Under the pieces are notes generated by a model that worked only from the letters and a program-made list of their open reading frames with translations, ran no database searches and was not told where the DNA came from. Shown here in pieces: positions 57,001 through 64,000 of a stretch of DNA of 64,000 nucleotides. The position numbers and the translations under genes were made by a program. Numbering within the stretch: position 1 is the stretch's first letter; each line of letters begins with the position of its first letter. The DNA is taken from NCBI RefSeq assembly GCF_009914755.1, contig NC_060925.1, one strand, 5' to 3'. The DNA is from the human T2T-CHM13v2.0 reference genome, Homo sapiens.

Positions 57001-57574
57001 CTTTCTGTTCTTGATGGGCTTTAGAAGGTGAAAAACTAGGCTTCCAGAGGTGAAGTTGCACTGTGGGCTTTGTGGCAGGTGAGCGCTGCCTGACCCTGAA
57101 CAGCTGCTAAAGACTCAGACCTGGAGCCTTCCTGGTGTCCTGTGTGTCCACGCAGGTGTGCCAGTGTGGCAGCCCTGCGCCAGGAGCTGCCCCTGCATGT
57201 CATGGCAGCATCCATGCCAGCCGAGCGCCCCTCTGGCTCCCAGGCATCTCATCCTGTCTGGCTCTGAGGGCCGTGCTGCAGTGAAAACCATTCACCTTGA
57301 CAGTTTGGCTTTCGACCAAGAATTCACTGTCATATTTTTGATTTTTAAAATTAAGACTGTATTCAGATATAATTTGCGTACCATAAAATTCTTCCTTCCA
57401 CAGAATATGGTTTAATGGTTTTTCAGTATATGCAGCCATCATCATCTAAGTTGAGAACATTTTTGTCACCCCCAACAAGAAGCCCCATGCACATGGTCCG
57501 TCACTCCCCAGGCCCCAAATCCCAGCCAGCACTGATCTTGGCCATTGGCCTGTCCTGGTCATTCCATAGAAGTA

Positions 57575-57720
57575 GAGCCACGTGACTGTGTGTGTGTCTG
57601 GGCCACGCGTGGCTGTGTGTATGAGAGCCATGCGTGACTGTGTCCGGGTCACACGTGACTGTGTGTCCGGGCCACGTGTGGCTATGTGTCCGGGCCACGT
57701 GTGACTGTGTGTGTCCGGCC
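57575..57720. repeat. Degenerate ~24-bp E-box-containing minisatellite
   Basis: gccacgtg(t)gactgtgtgtccgg-like units. Confidence 0.8.
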
Positions 57721-58067
57721 TCAGCACAGTATTTTCAAGGCTCCTTCCTTCCTTTTCATGACTGAATCATACTCCATTGTCTGCACAGACCACAATCTAT
57801 CCCGTCATTTGTCTCTGGATGCTTGGGTGGCTGCACTTTGCTGCTGTGAGCACTTGTGCACAAGCTGTCGTGTGGATGTGTGTTTTCAGTAACCTGCGTG
57901 TACGCCGAGGACTGGAATTGCTGGGCGATGTAACTGTGTTAAGCTTCCGAGGACCTGCCAGACTGTTTTCCACAGCAGCTAAATAATTGTACGTTCCTCT
58001 TAGCAATGCATAGGGGTTCCTGTGTCTCCATGTCATCACCAACACTTGTCCAAACTAAAAAATTCTA

Positions 58068-58374
58068 GGCCAGGCGCTCATGCCTGTAGTCCCAGCAATT
58101 TGGGAGGCCAAGGTGGGCAGATTGCATGAGTTCAGGAGTTCAGGACCAGCCAGGGCAACAAAGTGAAACCTTGTCTCTAGGAAAAAAAACAAAAAAAAAA
58201 AAAACAAAAAATTAGCTGGGCATGGTGGCACATGCTTGTAGTCCCAGCTACTCAGGAGGCTGAGGTAGGAGGATTGCTTGAGCCCTGGGTGGTTGAGGCT
58301 GCAGTGAGCTGAGATCGTGCCACTACACTCCAGCCTGGGTGACAGAGCAAGACTCCGTCTCAAAAACAAACAAA
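58068..58374 (+). mobile_element. AluJb-like
   Basis: gggattgcttgagccctgg; gaggctgcagtgag. Confidence 0.9.
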
Positions 58375-59079
58375 CCCAGTTCTAGCCATCGTTGTGGGCG
58401 TGAGTTGACGTCTCCCTGCGGTGTGATTGCGTTTCCACAGTGAATGATGTCAGGCAGCTTTGCATGCGGTTACTGGATGTTAGTATCCTGTTTGGAGAAA
58501 TGGCTACTCGAATTCTCTCCCATTTGGAAATTGGGTTGTGTTTTGTGTTTTCCTTGCTGACTTGCAGAGTTCTTCATGTGTTCTGAATCTGGTCCCTTAC
58601 CAGCTACCGGGTTTGCACGTTTTCCCTTGCATCCTGTGGGCTGTCTTTTCCCTTTCTCGATGGTGTCCTTTGAAGCACAAAGACGTCGTGATTGTTTTCT
58701 GGGAAGCCTTGTTGTTGTGTTTTCTCTCTGTTCCTTGTGCTTTGGTGTCATGGAAGCACTTCTGCGGGGGCGGGAGTCTGGACTGAGGCCGCCACGTTCC
58801 TGCTGTGAAAACCTTCACGTGCGCTCGCAGCCTCGGCTCTACAGACGGTTCAGTCCGGGAAATGGTTTAAGGAGGCCGTGCACAGAAACAGTCTTTGCAG
58901 CCAGGGACATGAGAGCATACCGTGCTGTTCCCACAAGGCCCGTGGCCTCTGCAGGTGAGAATTGGTGGCCTCCCTTGAAAATACTGAATGGAGGTGCCAG
59001 GCACCCGCACAGGCTCTTGGTGTGGGCATAGGCCGTCTTCCACTTGAAGAATGTGGCAAGATGGTCTGAAAACCACAAA

Positions 59080-59237
59080 GTTTGTGTTTGGAGACACGGT
59101 CTCAGTGTGTTGCTCAGGCTGGAGTGTAGTGGTGGGATCATACCTCACTGCAGCCTCGACCTTTTGAGGTCCAGTGATCCTCCCACCTCAGCCTCCCAAG
59201 GAGCTGGCATTACAGGCATAAGCCACCACGCCGGGCC
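59080..59237 (-). mobile_element. FRAM/AluJ right monomer
   Basis: gatcatacctcactgcagcctcgacc. Confidence 0.85.
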
Positions 59238-62200
59238 CACGGCTGAAGTTTGGGTTGTATCCTTTTAAGGAATAGCAGACGGGTTTTCAGCCACACCGAA
59301 GAGAACCTCAGCGTAGCAGAGTGTTGCTGGGCCATGTGCTTCAGGAGCAGGGCCACAGGCAGGACCTCGAGTGCCCAGCCCGCTCACCACGCTGTGGGCG
59401 GCCTCTTGGGAATGTCAGAACACCAGCACAGGCGATCTCCTCGGAACCCAGATTGTGGGCGATCCTGCCGCTCCACCTGCTGTGGCCCCAGGGTTGCACC
59501 ACCATGTGGACTGTGGCTGGCAGCTTCTGGAGGCTTCTTGGTGCCTACAACATCTGCGCCACTCCACAGCGTTGCCTATTGGTGGCAGCCATCCCCTCCA
59601 TAAGCCCGTGGCCCCTGTACAGAGACGAATTGGCGCTCACGGACTCACCCTGCGAGGCAGCATCTGCGTCTGCAGGACTTCCCGGCCCTTGGCCGCACAT
59701 TTCCCTCCAGTTCCCATCATGGCAGCTGTGCCTGGTTGCGGATGCTGCATGCTGAGGAGAGGAGGCGTGGGCCCGCCCGGTGTGCATGGGCAGGTCTGAG
59801 ACTGGCCACTCCCATGGCGCATGCATTTCCCTGGAGGGTCCCCTTGCCCCGTGGCTGCAGCCTGGCAGGAGAAGACGCTGAGGGGACGCACGGGAGGGGT
59901 TGCAGGGTGGGCTGTGCTGTGTGGCAGGCCTTGGGGTGTAGCCGCAAGCTGTGGGTCCATCCCCCCGCACCAGGGTGCAGTTTTGACACCGGGTGGTCAT
60001 GGGCCGAGCATCCATGCAGGTGTGGAGACGGAAGCCTGACCCACAGAGCTTGGTGGTGGCCCCTGGACTGACCTGTGGGTTGCTCAACCGCTCTGCCACT
60101 GTGCGTTGTTCACATGTGAAGCCGGCGTCACAAAGGCCTCAATGTCTGTTTCAGCTGGATACATGCGCGCCCTCGTGGGGGCTTGAGGGCACACTGGCCG
60201 CTGGACACTGGGGTCCCGGGGTGACTGAGGCTGGTGCCCTCCTGACAGGTTGCTGGGCTGCAAGTTGAACAGAAAACTGGTTTTCTTCACTCTGCGAAGT
60301 TCCCTGTGGTTGTCCCTGGGGTTGGAGGGAGTTGTGTTGACATCATCATGGCTGCTGCTGTGCGCCTCTCCCTTGGAGCAGGTGTGGTCCCCGGCTCCTG
60401 GATTGGCTGCCCATGCTCAGGATGGTCTGGGGTGTGGCCGTGGCCTGTCCCCGGGCCGGATGGCTTTCTCAGCAGCTCCCTGAGGCAGCATGAGCAGAGG
60501 CGGGACCCTGCCCGGGTCCTGTTTCCCCCTTGTATCCTTTGGCCCTAATACGGGGTCCCGTTTACCAATGAGGGCAAAGAGACCAGTCTAAGGGGAGGCT
60601 GAAAACTCACAGGCAGGCCTGTCTGGCCTTGGGGTCTGGGTGCTGCTTCCAGGCAGACCACATCCCAGGTGAGGTGCAGACATTCAGAGACAGACGTGGC
60701 CGATCCTGGCTGCTGTATCAACGCGCCCACCAAATGGGGCCTTCTTTGATCATCAGTCAAAAGCAAGAATGTGCCTGTGGTGGGCGGGCGCGTGTGCCAG
60801 CTTCCAGGCCGTGGGCTCCTTGGTGCCCAGAGCTCACCCTGTGGTGCTTGCCCACTACTCACTCCCGCCTCCCCGGAGTCTTGCCCTGGGGGGTCCTGGT
60901 GTGGGAGCTGCCTTCTCTAGTTGGGTGGAGCCTTGCCTGCTGGTGCCTGTGAGCCCTGGGTGGGTGGATGCCGGGTGGTCGTGGAGGTTCACAGCAGGCT
61001 CTATGTGGTTGTTTTGTGTGGATTTGGGGTGTGAATTCTCTCAGCAAAGGCTGACTCAGACCCCAGTGTTCAGAAGGTTCAAGGAAGCGACCGTCAGCGC
61101 CGAGTGGCCAGCAGGGCGGGGATGCGGCGTTGAGCCCCGTCATTCAGCTTCAGTGTGGAGAAGGCCCGGAGCTGTGGGCATCAGCTCGGGGACCCGAGTG
61201 ACTGTCCCTGCCTCGGGGAGGGGGGGGCCACACGGGCAGGCGGGGCAGCAGCTTGTGCCCATGTCCTCCTCACGGACTCTGGAAGTGAGAGGCGCTGAGG
61301 CCACAGTGGGGGAAGTGGCCCAGCCGACGACCCGGGCTCTCGGTGCCCTGGGAGGAGCTGTTGTTAGGACATGTGCAGACTGGGTTCAGCCTGTCTGGAG
61401 TGGCTCAGGTGCCTGGGGACAGAGGCCAGCTGTAACCGCTGCTGCACTCGGTTCTGGATTCAGTGCCCTCCGCCTCTGCGGCGTCTCCCTCGGCAGCTGT
61501 CCAGGACTCCAGCCTCCCTGCCAGGGTAGGGGACATGGAGCGTCTCCTTGCTCTGGGGGGTTGAGGTCTTCTGTGTTTGGACCCTGTGGGATCTGGCAGG
61601 AGAAGCAGCCCCCACTCATGTTGTGCCAGGGGCCTGGGGAAGGGAGATGGCAGTTCTGTGACCTCCAGACTCCCTTTCCTTATTGCAGGGGATGGGCCAG
61701 CGTTTCGCCCTGAGCATCTGCACGTGTCAGGCAGGAAAGGGTCCCCAAGGCCTTCTCAATGGCTCTTCTCTGTTCCTGGCACCTTACAGGCCTGAAACGC
61801 AGGGCCCCCAAGGGTGGGGTGTGCATTTTTGGAGAGCGTCTTTTCTGAGACTCCCCCATGGGGAGCTGGTGGCTTGCTTGTGGCAGTGTACTGTGGCTGC
61901 CCAGTCCTCGGCAGGCATCCACTGCTGGCTCACCTGTTTGGGCCACCGCCTCTGCATAGGTCCTGTGGGCTTTGCTCAGGAACTGTTCTGTCAGAGGGCC
62001 TAGGGTGTCCACAGTCTTGGGCCCGCTATTCCTCAGCCCAGCCCTGCCCTGCCCTGGCAGGGGGGCACCTGTCCTTGGGTGCAAGCTCACACTCGTTGCC
62101 CGGGTGCCTGCTGGCCAGGTAGCTTGCCTGGTCATCCTCGGGGTGTGGGGAAGGACCCCAGGAGGGGAAGTGGCCGCGGGGCAGCGCGGTGTGTCGTCTG

Positions 62201-64000
62201 GCCTCCGCTGTGTAAGCTGACAGTGGCCTGAAGGGCTTTGGGATGGGGCAGCCCCTTGCAGGCCTATCCAGGCCCAGCCCCATTGCTTTGGTGTGTCAGG
62301 TCCAGAGCCGTGCTCCTGCCTCGTGGCCTGTGGGCTCCAAGGGCGGGTTTTGAAGCCCCAGGAAGGGTCACACCAGAGGCAAGCGGTCGTAGCTGCTCTT
62401 CCCAGAGTAAGACTCAGCCGTCTGTCACTGGGTGTGGTTTTGTCCCTGACCGACAGCTGACACTGGGGCCCCCAGGGGCCTTGGTAGGGCGGGTGGCATC
62501 CCAGGCCTGAAGACGGCTGTCTGCTTCCTGGGGCTTTGAGAAACCAATACTGCTCAGGTGACAGTCCCTCTGAGAGTGTCACTTCCTCCGCCCACAGGGG
62601 CGCAGACACCTTCTATTTTACACGTTTCTCTCCGTTTCTCTGATGCTGCAGAGAGCCCGCCCTGAGAGCCGGGAGTCGCCTGATGAGGGGTCGGCAGGGG
62701 TCTTAACGGAGTCATGTCTCCGAAGGCTCGTCCTGGCTCCCTGAAGACCAGGAGCGTCCCTGGCCCCAAGGATGGCCCTGAGCCCATCTGCCTCAACCCT
62801 CCAGATCTGCAGGGTCCTCGGCCACCCCCCACTGAGCGGATTGGGCTCGGGGCCCCGGGCCTACGGTCCTCCCGCCACCTCCACGGGGCGGCTGTTGGGG
62901 CCCCACCAGGCAGAGCCGTGTTCTCAGGCGTTGGCTCTCATGGAGGTGGCCTGAGGCATCTGACTCTTTCCCCTCAAGGAGTCTCTGAGTCTCCCGGAGT
63001 CAGCGCCGGCTGTTGTGGCTTTTCCCCGGGTGATAACTGAGCCGAATTTCCGCGCCCGCTTCAGTGGCTGCTTAGACAGGAAGCTCCACCCAGCCGGGCG
63101 TCCTCGGCCTTCTGTGCCTCTCGGGAGGGTCCGCATGATTCCGGAAGGGGCTCTGCTGCAGCTAGGATGGCACCCGCCCCTGCCAGGCATAGGCACAGCA
63201 CCCTGCGGTCAGGGCCTCCGCCAGACGTCATCAACACTCACTTCCCCTCGAAAGCCGCCACATAGAGGGGGTATTTTCAGTGTCTTTTTTCCTGAACAGC
63301 TATTTTAGTGTCTCTGAAAAAAACCATCCACAGCCGTGAGCCTTCAGGGGCTGCCTGCCCTGCGTCCCCGGCCCTGTGCGCCCGAGCACTTATCTTTCTC
63401 CCTTGGGCCCAGGTCAGAGCCAGGCACCTGCCCCTCCCCTGGCCCCACCCTGCTTGTTCCCTGAGGGCTGCAGGGTGGGTGCACGTGCTGCAGGGGAGGC
63501 CACGGGCTTTGGCCAGATCTTCCCCCAGGGCCCTCCATCCCCATAATTGGAGCACCTTGATGGACAGCCTGCCCTGCGCCCCATCTTCCCCCTAGGGAAG
63601 CAGGGTCCCTGCTGCCTCCAGGAGGCTGGTTCCTGATGCAGCGTCTTCTCCTAGAGTCCTGGAGGTGGGAAGAGCCCCCGGCCCTGAGTGTGCTCTGTCC
63701 ACCAAGGCTTCCTGGCTGAGGGCAAGGGCGGAGCCCCCACCGCCCGACTTTGCTGCCTCCTCTTGAGGTTGGCCTCGGCAGAGTGAGTGGGACCTCACCC
63801 CTGTGAAGGGCCCCTTGCCCTGTGTGGCCTGTTCTGCGTTGGCCTGTGGTGTAGACCTGGTGCCAGCTGCCCTGGAGACTCTGTGCTGTCCTGTGGGGTC
63901 TTTGGCAGTAGAGGAATGGCCCATTTTACGGAGACTGCCCTGTGATTTTGCTTGGGAAGAGACCTTGGGTCTCAGTTGTGCCTTGCGGGCAGCACCGTCT

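Larger units (their letters stand above)
57340..58760 (-). mobile_element. L1MB-type 3' end, interrupted by a minisatellite and an Alu
   Basis: gatataatttgcgtaccataaaattc; gaacatttttgtcacccc; ctgccagactgttttccacagcagct; tcctgtttggagaaatg. Confidence 0.82.

Noticed and set aside
62591-62604. CTCF-like CCCACAGGGGCGC
   Set aside because: One base short of the core spacing.
60769-62609. 314-aa (+) and 309-aa (-) ORFs
   Set aside because: No recognisable domain; G/P/A/R-biased composition typical of GC-rich non-coding DNA.
63541-63550. CArG box CCATAATTGG
   Set aside because: Isolated and at chance frequency.

Overview
Primate, almost certainly human, GC-rich non-coding DNA. I found no protein-coding exon, RNA gene or CRISPR array; the supplied ORFs are explained by high GC content, Alus or tandem repeats. 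The + strand looks G/T-rich, about 24 of about 34 Alu-derived elements are antisense, and all large L1 relics are antisense. This points to the interior of one long intron of a + strand gene. From memory the setting resembles SKI intron 1 (1p36.33), which is unverified and needs BLAT. Other contents: old L1M relics (one spans about 21-28 kb), THE1A, MER5, MER58A, MIR, at least 8 minisatellites, and several AT-rich non-repetitive islands that look like enhancers. The most interesting observations are: (1) a 33-bp minisatellite that multimerises a nuclear-receptor/ETS/SMAD motif core; (2) a 70-bp minisatellite derived from the L1 ORF2 reverse-transcriptase motif; (3) a 2.5-kb CpG-rich 43-bp array with a higher-order duplication; (4) an ungapped 79-bp hairpin-forming duplicate 1.7 kb apart; (5) closely spaced inverted Alu pairs and an Alu-Alu conversion tract. 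The sequence does not demonstrate a new biological system; the regulatory ideas are hypotheses. Repeat subfamilies were called by eye against remembered consensus sequences, and boundaries are approximate.
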